Assembly: GCF_009914755.1 (NCBI RefSeq)
Contig: NC_060928.1
Source of the DNA: the human T2T-CHM13v2.0 reference genome, Homo sapiens
Length of the DNA stretch: 64,000 bases
Strand: one strand, 5' to 3'
Made by a program: the position numbers and the translations under genes. This document shows positions 25,287 to 39,899 of this stretch, one piece after another. Every line of letters begins with the position of its first letter. Positions within the stretch are counted from its first letter, which is position 1. The notes beneath the pieces were generated by a model, which searched no databases, was not told the origin of the DNA, and worked only from the letters and a program-made list of their open reading frames with translations.

Positions 25287-25510
25287 TGTTTATTGTCTTA
25301 CAAAAGGAAATAAAAGTATAATCTTCTTTACGTAAAGATTTAAGTTTTATTTAGGAACTTTAATTAACTACACTCTTTGAACTTAAAATTTATATTGTTT
25401 CCAGCTGATGTAAGTGCTACTCAGACTCTCTTGAACTTCTTTTTCAATTGTATGAATGTTTCCTAGAAAATTTTATTTGCATGAAACTCACTAGCTTCTT
25501 TTTTTTATTT

Positions 25511-25578
25511 TATATCATAAGATCTCTTTCAGGTGGATTGAATGTCTGTTCCTTAGGTCACTTGATAGTACTTGTTCT
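25511..25578 (+). repeat. 68-bp segment repeated at 27999-28066
   Basis: 66/68 identical. Confidence 0.97.
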
Positions 25579-25728
25579 CAACTAATAATCAATGAAGCCA
25601 TATAAGTTTGGATCTTGAGGTCACATGAAAACATAACAGTATTTACAAATTTAAAAATTAGAAAGAAATATTTCTTAAAGAAAAAGTTCTAGCTTAAGAC
25701 CAGTTCCAAATGACTGAAGAAAGGTTCA

Positions 25729-26227
25729 CGTGGTAGACAGAAAAAGCCCCCCCAAAGATACCCACTTTCTAATCTCTGGAACCTGCAAATATGTTAACTT
25801 ACATGACAAAAGGATTTAGCAAATATAATCAAATTAAGGATATCAAAATGGAGAGATTGCCCCAGATTGTCTGAGAGGGCTCATTGTAATCACAGGGATC
25901 TTTATAAGGAAAATAGAAAGGTAAGAGCATCAGAATCATAGAAGGAGGTATAACACTGAGAACAGATTTTGGAGTGATTTGATTGTTGATGTTGGAGGTG
26001 GAGGAGGCCTGTGGATGACAGAAGAAGCATTTAAAAGTTGGAAAAGACAAGAAACAAATTTGATCTAGAACCTCCAGAAGAAATACAGCCCTAAAGACAT
26101 TTGATTTTAGCCACATGAAATGAATTTGGAATTCTGATTTGAGATATAGCATAATAAATTTTTATCGTTTTAAGATGCTAACTTTATAAAATTTGTTATA
26201 GCACAGTAGCAGTAGGAAAATCGTACA
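25729..26227 (+). mobile_element. MaLR solo LTR (MLT1D-like)
   Basis: tggtagacagaa...cccaaagat...ggaacctg..aatatgtta...gtaatcacaggg...tttgttatagca...aggaaa..taca. Confidence 0.85.
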
Positions 26228-27411
26228 GTTCTAAAAAAGATAAAGAGCAGCAATTCCCAAAAGGATATACTCATGAATTCTTACCTATTTATTCCTTTAA
26301 CCTATCGAATGTCCTAACCAAATACAAAAATATGCCATTACCAAATACAACAACATGCCTCATTAGCAACAAACACGTACTTAGGCTTTTGTCCATTTAG
26401 GAGTTCTAAATATTTACTCTTCTCTCCATCTTAGACAACAAATCCTGGGGAATGTAATTATAATTTACTATTAACCTAAACACTGCCCCAGTTTATGGGC
26501 CCTAAACATTTCAACGTTTTTCTTCTAACAGTCCCAAGTGGGCCACCTCTTACAAAGAGAGTAAAGTGACAAGTGTTGAATTATATATGGTAAAGTTTAT
26601 AGAAGGAAGAGATCACTGTGGACAGGAATACTCAGAAAGAATTCTAAAATACATCAGCCTTAGCAAAACAAGGTATGTGCTGAGAGATGGTTGCTTGGAG
26701 AGGGACAGAGAGGATGTGGGGAGAGAACATTCCAGACAGACATAGAACAATATGTTTGGTTGAGATACTCATATACTCATATTTTTAATTAAAAACATTT
26801 TTGTACTAAGAATTATGCATTTTAGTTGGCAGAAAGCAAACATTCAGGACATCTAGCTCTTCAATAATGATAAATGCAGCTTCCACGTGACTATTGGCAT
26901 GTACAGTTTGCCCTATAGAATCATAAAGCTAAAAGTAATTTTTTGATACAAATCCTCATTGTAAAAGGGTCTCAAGATTAAAATAATTCAATGTCTTAGG
27001 TAAAAGCTACTTTTTAAGTATGATCAGGAATACTGAAGTGAATACTAACATTTTTAAAGTACATCTCAATACAATCATAGAAGAAAGGAATCTTATGATT
27101 ATGTGTATGCGATTTTGTCAGATAGAAGAGTCTGCCCATTTCAATTTTTTTAAGCGGTTCCTAAGCTCAGATCTTAATACCAAAACAAGCTACTAAGAAT
27201 ACTCATTTATAGAGTGAACAACAACTAACAATTTATTTAAGTACAATTCTGTGACTTTAGCTATATGTGTCATTTAGTTCTCCTTCATAAGTCCTTATTC
27301 AGCTATGGCTAAGCTACGTCTAATAGGAATACTATGGTTTATATCACCTTCTATTTACCAACCTTCCTCTGTTGCATATTCAATTAGTCATTGCAATAAC
27401 AGGTAACTATC

Positions 27412-27458
27412 AGAGTAAAATGACAAATGTTGAATTATATATGCCAAAATTTATAGAA
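27412..27458 (+). repeat. 47-bp segment repeated from 26558-26604
   Basis: 42/47 identical. Confidence 0.88.
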
Positions 27459-27845
27459 TAAACAGATACCTCTTACAGATCTATAAGATCTTCAACAAAA
27501 TAGGGTATTCTCAATATTTTGTTTATGTAAAATTCAGAGAAATGAGTATTTTTCTTCATTTAATGCATTTCAATATTTTTGGGGCTTTTGTTTCTAAACT
27601 AATACTATAGAAATCTATTCAGAGCTGGAATGTAGGAAGTTTCTTCTCTTTCAGTGTATTGCCTCCAAAATACCAGCTACAACTGTTAATTTCCCGGTAA
27701 TTGTTTCCTCTCTAATCTCTACAATGTTTCTCTCATTGTTTCATTTTTACTCTGATGACATGATTTGAGGAAAGGTTTTTGCACATTTTTGGCCAAGTTT
27801 TTTGCACATATTGCACATTTTTCACATTTTAAAAGTTAATTAAAA

Positions 27846-27987
27846 GTTTCCTGACTTTTTAATGATCGCCCTTCTAACTGGTGTGAGATGGTATCTCATT
27901 GTGGTTTTGATTTGCATTTTTCTGATGGCCAGTGATGGTGAGAATTTTTTCATGTCTTTTGGCTGCATAAATGTCTTCTTTTGAGAA
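27846..27987 (-). mobile_element. Internal L1PA ORF2 fragment with no 3' UTR or polyA
   Basis: gtttcctgactttttaatgatcgcc...ggtatctcattgtggttttgatttgcattt...ggctgcataaatgtcttcttttgagaa. Confidence 0.93.
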
Positions 27988-28080
27988 AAGTTAACTTGTA
28001 TATCATAAGCTCTCTTTCAGATGGATTGAATGTCTGTTCCTTAGGTCACTTGATAGTACTTGTTCTATGGAGATGACAGT

Positions 28081-28134
28081 ACTTGTTTCTGAGGTGAATA
28101 AGCTAACTTTTAGCTTATTCGCCCCAGAAAAAGT
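28081..28134. repeat. Inverted repeat (hairpin)
   Basis: Arms 28086-28106 and 28110-28130, 19/21 complementary, 3-nt loop; actt/aagt extends the stem past a 1-nt bulge. Confidence 0.92.
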
Positions 28135-28405
28135 CTTAGATATTCAGAAATCACAAAAATTTAGGCTGTTTCCTTGGTTGTTGCAGTCCTTCCATTTGTT
28201 TTAATATCTCATCTATTATGTGTTGGCTAGGTAACGAATACATATTTAATCTAAAAATGGATGTAGTCTGAATGTATTTTCTAAGTTACATTTTAATTTT
28301 GGAAAACAATAAAAAATTAATGTTTTTAAATTTTGATTTCAGTTTACTTGAACAGACTTTTTGCTTATAAAAAGTAGAACTTGTTGACATTACCCTCTGA
28401 TTTTC

Positions 28406-28722
28406 CCTTTTTATTTTTTATTTTTAGAGACAGGATCTCACTCTGTTGCTCATGCTGGAGTACAGTATCATGATCATAGCTCACTGCAGCACTGAACTCC
28501 TAGGCTTAAGTGATTCTCCTACCTCAGCCTCCTCAGTAGCTAAGACTAATGGCATGCACCACCATGTCAGCTAATTTCTTAAAAATTAATTTTTAATATC
28601 CCTATTATTAATTGTTAACATCTCTATGTTGCCCAGGTTGGTCTAGAACCCTGGCTCTAAGCAGTTCTCCCATGTTGGCCTCCCAAAGTGCTGGGATTAC
28701 AGGCAGGAGCCGTAACACACAG
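28406..28722 (-). mobile_element. AluJ
   Basis: gagacaggatctcactctg...tgatcatagctcactgcagc; flanked by tgattttc repeats. Confidence 0.92.
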
Positions 28723-30430
28723 TATGATTTTCTTTAATAATTCAACATCATCCATTGCTGAACAGAAGATGATATTTTGAAGAAAAACAGGAAAACAGAT
28801 ATTCGAAGAACAAAAGAGTAGCAAATACTCACTCCTATCTAGCTGTCTCTCTCCAGACTATTTATAGTCAGTATCATTTTGTTATCTCTGTCATAGTACA
28901 TTTCCAAATTTTTTATCTCCACTGGCCTTGAGAAGTCAAGTTACCCTAGAACATGACAACTTTAGATCATTACAGAGTGTAATGGGAATATTAGCTCTTT
29001 TGTGTCATTTAAATAATTTAACTTAATTAACAAACTTAAATTATTCTAAGGATTCTTCAAATTATGTCAGACTTTTAAAAAGTTTTCCATGTTTAGCCTT
29101 TTGACAAATAAAATTATACACAATGTGAGTTTTATATCAGCGGCAGTGATGTCTTTAAACACACTTTAAACATATAAGTAACATTTTTTTTTTCTAGTTT
29201 GGGCATTTTACAGACCCCTTCTTTAAATCTGGCTGTCTTTGAAAACTTTTACCATTCATTAACACCTATATTTGAAAGTGGACAAAATAAATAAATGGGT
29301 GTTTGATTCTCAAACCAGTCCGTCCTGTGATTTCAGTGAAGTGTTTTGGTGGAAGAGCAGTTATATGAGATTCTTATAAAATCTATGAATTTCAGTTTAC
29401 CATGATTTCCTTTTACCCCACTCTAGGTCAGGAAAAGGAAGAAATAGTTTAATGGTATGTGTAATAACATTGAAAATAAGATAATCACAAAGGAGAAAAG
29501 AAGTTATAGGAGAAGAGGAAGAAAGGAAAAAGTGTTTCTGATTCTTCCTCTCATGTAACATTTCGACATAATTAAGTCTTATTCATTGGTACTGTATTTA
29601 TAAATATTTCAAACTTAATAAGTATGCTGAAACTGATATTACCAGTATAAGAATAATCAATCCAATTAAGTATAAAATTACCTTCCATAATATTTTTTCT
29701 GATCTTGAAAGGGAATCCATAATCTCATTATAGAAGGATATTACTATCCTTATATTCTTTTAAAAGTTGAAGGAAATTTCAATATAGAATAATATATCAA
29801 ATCCATCTTCTTTCAACTCAGTTTCAATAGCATTTTCCTAAAAGGCCTTTTCTTCCTTTGAGATTTTCTTTTCTCTGCTTTGGATCGTGTTTTAGTCAAT
29901 GCCCATTTAAAGGCAAAGGAGAGATACCTAGTAAGGCCAGCTCAAGTAAAAAGAGGTTTCTAGAAAAGACACTGGTCAACTGTGTGTAACTCAAGGAAAG
30001 CAAATTGTCCTGTGTGTCACAAGGACTGAAGATGAAAAATAGAAATGTGTTAATTACACAGCCATGCCTTTCTGCATTTTTCTTTATGGGTCAACATGAG
30101 TGCTAATCTCTGTTTCTTCATGCATGTCAGTGTTCATCTCTGTATCTTCAAGCACATCCTACATTTCAATTCCAGGGCTGTCACATCACTGAAATGTCTG
30201 AATCTCTAAATCAAAGCTTCAAAACAGAGAGGGATTATGCCACTTGAGTAACTGAGTACAACTCAATCCATGTAAGAATGAAATTCCTTATCCCTCCAAT
30301 CACTGTAAACTGGCTTTTACTCCAGAGTTTCCAATCTCAAGTTGACAATTTTATAATTAATCTCAGATTTCTCTTTATTTTCTACTAAATTTTCTCACTC
30401 ATAATGGTAGCACATCATGTTTATTCTGCA

Positions 30431-30509
30431 TAGATAGATAGATAGATAGATGATAGATAGATAGATAGATAGATAGATGGATAGATAGATAGACAGATAG
30501 ATAGATAGA
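30431..30509. repeat. Compound tetranucleotide STR [TAGA]5 TGA [TAGA]6 TGGA [TAGA]3 CAGA [TAGA]3
   Basis: Read directly; occupies the tail position of the adjacent Alu. Confidence 0.96.
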
Positions 30510-30780
30510 GTTTCACTCTGTCACCCTGGCTAGAGTGCAGTGGAGCGATCCCGGCTCACTGCAACCTCCGCCTCCTGGGTTCAAGCCATTCTCATGCCTC
30601 AGCTTTCTGACTACCTGGGACTACAGGTGCCTGCCACCATGCCTGACTTATTCTTGTAGTTTTATTAGTTTTATTAGAAGGGGTTTCACCATGTTGGGCA
30701 GGCTGGTCTTGAACTTCTGACCTCAGGTGATCCACCTCCCAAAATACTGGGATTATAGGCATGAGTCACCATGCCCAGCC
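30507..30780 (-). mobile_element. AluS
   Basis: agagtttcactctgtc...atgcccagcc. Confidence 0.93.
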
Positions 30781-30819
30781 TATAATTCTTTTCATATGTG
30801 ATCTGCAAATTTTCAGTCT

Positions 30820-31070
30820 TATACAGGAGTTAAAGATGAAGATTCTGGTTAGGACACCTAAGTTCAAATTACGTCTCTTACTTTGGATATAGTAAATATC
30901 CTAAGTCCCATGAATTTCCGGTGCCTCAGTTCCTTTCACTGTAAAATGGGGAAAGTGATTATTCCTATCTCATAGATGGTTGTGTGGATTTAATGAACTA
31001 GTATTTATAAGGCACAAGAAACACTGTCAGTCACATTGCACCATATAAGATTCAGATAATCGTAATAATT
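30820..31070 (+). mobile_element. MIR
   Basis: gtgcctcagttcc..tctgtaaaatgggg-like core and cctatctcatag. Confidence 0.7.
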
Positions 31071-32731
31071 TCCATTCTAACTACAATTGCCATAAATGTA
31101 GTCCCCCTAAACTACTGTAATCAATTCCTTATAGGTCCCTATTTTAGATCAGTTTTCCTAAATCACTGGTAGGTCATATAATTTTCACACTATGAAATTC
31201 TTACTTGTATATGAAATCCTACATGCCATCCAAACTAAACCCATGTTTGCTCCATCATTGAAAGTCTTCCTCAATCTACTCTAATTTATGTTCCCAGATT
31301 CATACTTTTATTTCATCCCTTTAAAATCACTCTGCTTCTCATGTGGGATTTCACCTACTTTCATGTCTGCAAGCCTTTGCTCAGCTGTCTATGTCCCCCA
31401 ACTCTAGCCTTAAAAGCACTTCAACTCTTGTCTGTCCGTTCAAATGTTTTCAAACAAAAACTTTTGAAATCTTTTTTCCCCTCAGAATAGAAGGTGTTGA
31501 GTTACCTGGCTTATTTTTGTTTAAAGATTCATTATAAGCAAAGAACAGGAACATTTAATTCAGAATTGGTGTCTTAAGTAACTTATTTTTCTGCCATTTT
31601 ATCCACTACCAGCCCTTACACTTTTATAAGCGGTTTTACCTATTAAATGAGAAAAATGCTATTTTACAAATAAAAACCAATAACAACTCTGGCTCGAAAT
31701 GTTTGTGTGTACAGATAATATTTCACTGATGTTACTGTAGGGTGTTTCATAATTTTTATGAAAGTAATTCAAGAAATGTCATTCTTTTTTAAATAAATAA
31801 TGAATTATACTCTGATATAATATAGGAAAATTGTCTAAAATATTTGGTTTAAAAATATCTTTTCAAAACATTGAAAAGCTGGCAGTATTTATTTATAGTG
31901 ACTTCTTTCTTAATGTCAGCAGATAGTACAATTTCTGTAAGTGAGAATTTTAAAATTAATTGAAAACTCTCCTGTTAGTAAATTAAAGCATTTATAATAT
32001 TTCATTATTATCATTCAGTCTGTTGAAACCCATTAAAACATTATATTCTACATAATGCTCATTTCTCTGGACTATAGTTAACTTATTTTTTCTTTTTCCC
32101 CCTTTTCCCTTCTGTCCTGCCTCTCCTGTCATCTGCACCCCTCCAGCCTACCCCAGGATTTTTCTTCTTCATTTCTGTGTTATATTTTTGGAAATTTCCC
32201 TTACCCCCTTGACACATTCTCTTAATCTCTATGCATTTTTCTTTAATCTTTCAGAGGTTTCTTGGGGCACAGAAATGCTGTTCTTTAAGTTCAAGGATGA
32301 GCATTTTGGTCCTGCATACATCTCTGTCTGTGTACAGCAGAAAGTCCATTATGTTTGATTTTTGGTCTTCACTGAACTGTGAATAACCTTTGACTTCTTT
32401 ACAAGACCAACACTTCAAACAGAAAAAGGGCTCATCTTTGTTTTTGGATATAACTGAATACTCAGCCACCTGAGGAACTTTCATCCTCACAGCAACCTTT
32501 CTTTTTCATTAAGAAAATATTATGCAACAGTACTACAAGCATCAGGAACCTCTCTCTAGGAAATAAAATAAAAAGAAGAAAATAAAAGGAGAATTAAGAC
32601 CCTAGTTGTGTCACAGAGCAAAGGGCTATGTGTAGTGAGATCTTGTTTTATCTTTTATTCCACTAGTTCTTTACTGATAATTATTCCATTACAGACTAGT
32701 CTTATATGTATTTAATAATCTAAAAAATAAG

Positions 32732-33036
32732 GGCCAGGAGCAGTGGCTCATGCCTGTAATTCCAACAGTTTGGGAGGTTGAGGCAGGAAGATCACTTGAG
32801 TCCAGGAGTTTGAGACCAGCTTGGACAACATGGTGAAACCCTATTCCTACAAAACATACAAAAATTACCCTGGTATGATAGGGTTTTCATGTAGTCCCAG
32901 CTGTTAGGGAATTTCAGGTAGGAGGATCGCTTCAGCCCAGGAGGTCAAGGCTGCATTGAGCTGTGATCCTGCCACTGCACTGCAGCCTGGGCAACAGAAT
33001 GAGACCCTGTCTCAACAAATCGTCATCATCATCATC
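32732..33036 (+). mobile_element. AluJ with a (CAT)n-type tail
   Basis: Dimer; TSD atctaaaaaata at about 32718-32729 and 33037-33048. Confidence 0.93.
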
Positions 33037-33948
33037 ATCTAAAAAATAGAATGATCATTTCTCTGTTGTTATAGGCCATTATATTTTTGTGCTTTTTTCT
33101 TTCATTTCTGTTGTATATGAGCAGTCATATAGATTTCTGATTTGTAGAAACTCTCACTTTGAATAATGATAACTAGAAAATAGATTCTATTAAATTTAGA
33201 AAGACAGAGTTGACAGCCAATGCTATGTAAGTACATGAGGAAGAGGACAAGAAATAGCTTTTCTTCACTACATATTTTTATTTATATTTATTTTTATTGT
33301 TTTGACTTCATTTTATGTAAAATTTTGGGGGCATGTTATAGCTGAATACTAAAGAAACTGCTCATCAAATTATTGGATCTTCCTCTCTCAAAGAAATGGA
33401 CTGGAATAAATCAGTGTCCATGTTGTACAAATGGAGGGCTGCATTTTACATAAGGTTGTATGGGCCTCTTTGATAATTATATCTGTTTGATGATTCAGGG
33501 GCTACTTGTATCTCATCTGCTATTCTCCTGCTAGTTCACTTTGTTACTGGAAATTAAACCTTCTCTTTAAAAAAGTCTCAACGAAATTGAGTGTAGACAG
33601 AAGATCTGTAAATAGAAGTTGAATTTTTATGTTTGACATATATGTTGTAAAACAGAGGAATTCAGGTTTCTTAAGTCTATTTGACCGCTTGATATGATGC
33701 TCCTTAGTTCTCTATTCAAATTGTCCTTCACTTATTTTTTTTCTTTGTTTTCCTTATCTCATGCTTGTTTTTATTTTTCCTACTCAACCTAATATCACAT
33801 TTGTTATGTTATAAAAGAGGGAAATGTGATTATCAATGGTATTTTAAATGCATGTTTACCCTGTGTATTTCCAGTCTGCATGAGAAAGCAGAACAAGGAG
33901 AAAAGAAAATGAAAAGGAGATAATAAATGCTTTTAAGATATTCAGAGG

Positions 33949-34250
<302 letters not shown>

Positions 34251-37200
34251 TCAGAGGTTTGGTACATGAAAATGTGTGACTCCATCATAAACCTTACTCC
34301 AACTCTTTTCAACCTCCTCCACTACTTTTTACCCACATTATGTCTTTCCCAATGAATCTGGTATACCCACTGCCCTAGAAAGTGCCTTGCACTTTTCTAG
34401 TGTTTCTCATCCTTTAGTTTTTTTCCTTAATTTGAAAATCTATTACCTGAGGCTCAAGGCAAATGCTCCAGTTCCATGAAACCTTTTCTGAATACAAAGC
34501 AAATATTTACCTACTCATTATGTTCTACTGTATAATGTTTTGTAAATCGTTATTTATCTCTTATGTAATTATGCTCCATTTCCCTAACTGGATTATGAAT
34601 TCTTTAAGATTTCTGGCGTTCTGTCTGGGTACAGTGCTTTGTAGCAAAGGGAAGGGCTAATTTAGCACTGTTGAGAAATCCATCTTTGGGGGTGAAATTT
34701 ATGTCAAAATCACAGTTTGAGGTCTGTAGGATCAACAGAAATTTATAAAGTAAATGAGAAGATTCTAGCACTCAGTCCTCTTGTTCCTTTCTCTGAAGTG
34801 TCACATGAGAGATTAATCTAAACTCCACAGAGGAGAATAAAACAGAAACATAACATGAGTGGAAACTTGTAGTGTCCAAATGTCCTAGTCTGACAACACA
34901 GATATATTAAATTACTTATGATCATTGTTTTGGTAAACATTTCCAAGATCAGAAATGACAAAGTTAAGTGATACTTCTTATTTCTGCTTTTAAGGTATGT
35001 CTTTAAAAAATTACTTACATTGAGAATATTTAAAAAACATAATATGCTCATTTGATTTAGAGTATTTCCCTTTGTTGAATTGATCATAAATTATAAAGCT
35101 ATTTAGTGTCTAATGTACTATTTTTCATTTTCATTCTCTCTTCTTTGCCTAGGCATATTGTATAGACACACACACATACCTATAGGTCCATGTTTATACT
35201 GTTTAACATGCTACTTACTAAATATTAGGGAGCAGGACAGTTGTTCTACTCCTGACAGCTTTGATAATGTCTAAATATTTAAGAAGAGATATTTTAATAC
35301 TAGATGAGAATTTTAAATGTGAGGTCATTGTATTCTTGTTATGAAACAACTAGATATTTAAATTTAGTTTAATTTTTTTCAGTAGTGGTACTTGCTATTG
35401 AGTTCTCCAATATATTTGAGCATATTCTAAGTTGAATGAGAGCAATAATTTGGTGTGTGGTGGTGGTGAGGTCTCACTTTTGTTCTTTGGTTTCAGTTTA
35501 GATATATTGGGCTTGGAAGTTTATAATATATTTAAATACAAAAAGACCATGTAGCAAATTCAATGCTATAAAGTAAAAAGAAAAGCAAAAATAAGTGATA
35601 TAAAAGAAAAAGAAGCATGATCAGCATATAAATTTGTGAAGTCATAGGATTTGGCTGAAAATCATCGGGTTTCTTTCTTTCTCACATGTTTTCATGATTT
35701 GACTGCTGAACAAAGCTTCCCAAAGCGCTGCATTTTCTCAGTTTTTCCTTACATAAACATGAGAGAATAAAATGCAGTACGTCTGCATCCAGCCACTTTT
35801 TAACTCCTGTAGATCTAGTGTTTAGGTAGTAACCTACAATGATTTCACTTTACTTCAAAATATTTGTGCTGTCTCTGTATATCTTCCTAAAATATCATCA
35901 CCTTGCACATATTTTGCGCTATGGTACCTGATTAAATAGTCTGTTGTATGCTGTGAATAAACTCATGATTGAATAAACTCAAGGGTAACTTCAAGTATCT
36001 GAATTGAAATTTAGGGAATTTATGTCACACTACACATAGCATATAACTTTTAAAATATATTTATTGTGACAGTTTTTATTTTTAAAATGCAAAGATTTAG
36101 AAAGAAAATTTATATGTAGTTTTATCCTATGATTAGTGGCCAAGAACAATATTAAAGCCAGACCATCTAGAGGTTCCTTTATAGAGATGTTTAGTGGCTA
36201 TTGTGTAGGCTTTATAGGAGTATGTATTAAACTGCTGTCAATTTACCAGTTATTAGATGTGTTTACCTGAAAGCAACATGACCATTTTGTTTTGCTCTGG
36301 AATGCTAAATTAGTGGAGTTATGGGATAGTTTATCTCTGTTTATCAGCTACAACTCATTTTACTTCATGTCATCTCTTTACGTACTTACAGAATGTTTCA
36401 CTGGTATGCATGCTGGGATTCTGAAGAGTCTTTTTTTCTTACCTTCTGTATTTCTAGTCTGTCACTAACTTGCTGTGTCACTTTGAGCAAATTATTTTTT
36501 TCCACTGAGTCCTAAATCTTTATACTCCCTTAAGATATACTTTTCTTGAACACTAAGGGCCTGAAATTACATGTCACTCTCTCTATAGAAAGGTAACTTT
36601 TTCCTTTAACCCATCGGGCCTATGCACACACTTCTTCCCAGAAATCTTCACCAATTAGGTAAGTTATTTGTAGAGCAGATGCATTATTTCTAACACGTCA
36701 ATGTTGGAAAGTGTACTGCCTTTTCATTAAGAATTTACTAAACATATAGAGAATTGATGGAATAAAAATCCCCCAATCCTTGAAAGTTTATCATATAGGA
36801 GTTGGATAAATATTAATTTAGTTTATTATGAAAAGCTTAAGTTATCTAACTATAGATAAATCCAAACATAGAATTAGAGGTAAAATACCCTAAAATGATA
36901 TCTATTGCCGTTTTATAATGGCAAAACAATAAGACAGGTTACTTTTATTGTAATTATTTATAAAAAAAGATATATAAATTTGAGTAAGTTCTGATCTTTA
37001 AAAAATTCTCATATCTAATTTTTTATATATGCTTGAATGCTTTGTAAGAATGAATTGTGGTTCTTTTAGAAATTGTTTTTATTCAGGGAATGTTGAATAT
37101 ACTAGAAAAAATAAATTCCCCTAAAAGCTAAAAGCTTAAGGCATTTGCCTTAAATTTCAGAAGTAAAAGTAAAAGATGCATTATTCAGCGTATGTTTCTT

Positions 37201-37959
37201 AGGACTCTCCTACGCTCAAGGCAGGGTAAAGTTTCTGTTCTGTAATGAGTATGTTATCAGGGAGGGAGGGGGAAATGATATCCTGCTACAACTCTTATCC
37301 ATAGCTATTGCCATTATCTTCTTTCTCATCCAACTATCTTTACTTTTTCAATTACACTTTCTAAATATGGTATTCTTTTATATTATACAAGAAAAGAGAC
37401 TATTACAAGCTTCCTGACCTTTCCTTTTTCCTCAAGAAATGCCAGCTTAATCCTACCCTGATCCTATTAAGAATCAAAAGCATTTACTAATAAACATTCA
37501 ATAATATTTATTATTAAGCCATACTTCCAGGTAAGACCTTGATGTTAAGTCTTCAGATGCAGCTACTTTAACCCTTAACTGTTGTAATTTCCCTCTCCTC
37601 TGATCATACATGGACTCCTGAGACATAGCTGTTTTCCAAACTTCACTGATGCAATTTCTTCTTAATGAAGTCCCTATACTAGAAGTTTCTGACTTAAGAA
37701 TTACTAGGACTGCATTATTTCCTTTCTCAGTAATGGGTAGTCTTGTTTCTCTGTTTCTTTCTAGGACTAAGACAATGTTATGTTTTTGCCTGACTCCTTT
37801 ACTTGCTTTCATCTTTTCTGGTCCTGCTCAGCCTGAGGAATGGGACCCTGATACCAGTAGTCAAATCTTGATGACAACTACTAGCCTGCTTAGATTTCTG
37901 AATACATTTTTTCTATGTTTCCCATCTCAATATTTAAGGCATGTATTAGAAAAATATAA

Positions 37960-39313
<1,354 letters not shown>

Positions 39314-39454
39314 GATTTGTACCATTTTTAAATGATTTTTTGTTTCCAAGACAGTAGATGCGCTGGTATTTTAAGCCAATTGAAGTTCTCTGCTGAAGCT
39401 GAGGGTAAGATTAGTTCCACATAATGGCAAGGTTTCCTTTTAAGGAAAACCAGA

Positions 39455-39555
39455 GGAGAGAAGATGGATAATGCTGAAGAGGGGTTGTTTAATGGGTACA
39501 AACATACAGGTAGATGGAAGGAATATATTCTTTAGGATCAACAGTGGAGCAGTGT
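39455..39555 (+). mobile_element. L1M 3' UTR fragment
   Basis: gaggggttgtttaatgggtacaaacatacag.tagat.gaaggaata. Confidence 0.6.
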
Positions 39556-39589
39556 GTATTCCTTACAGACATCTCCAGGCACCTCACAT

Positions 39590-39899
<310 letters not shown>

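Noticed and set aside
32225-32490. Coding exon after the acceptor at 32254, or the 79-aa minus-strand ORF
   Set aside because: All three + frames stop within about 130 nt, no good donor was seen, and the peptides are not recognisable.
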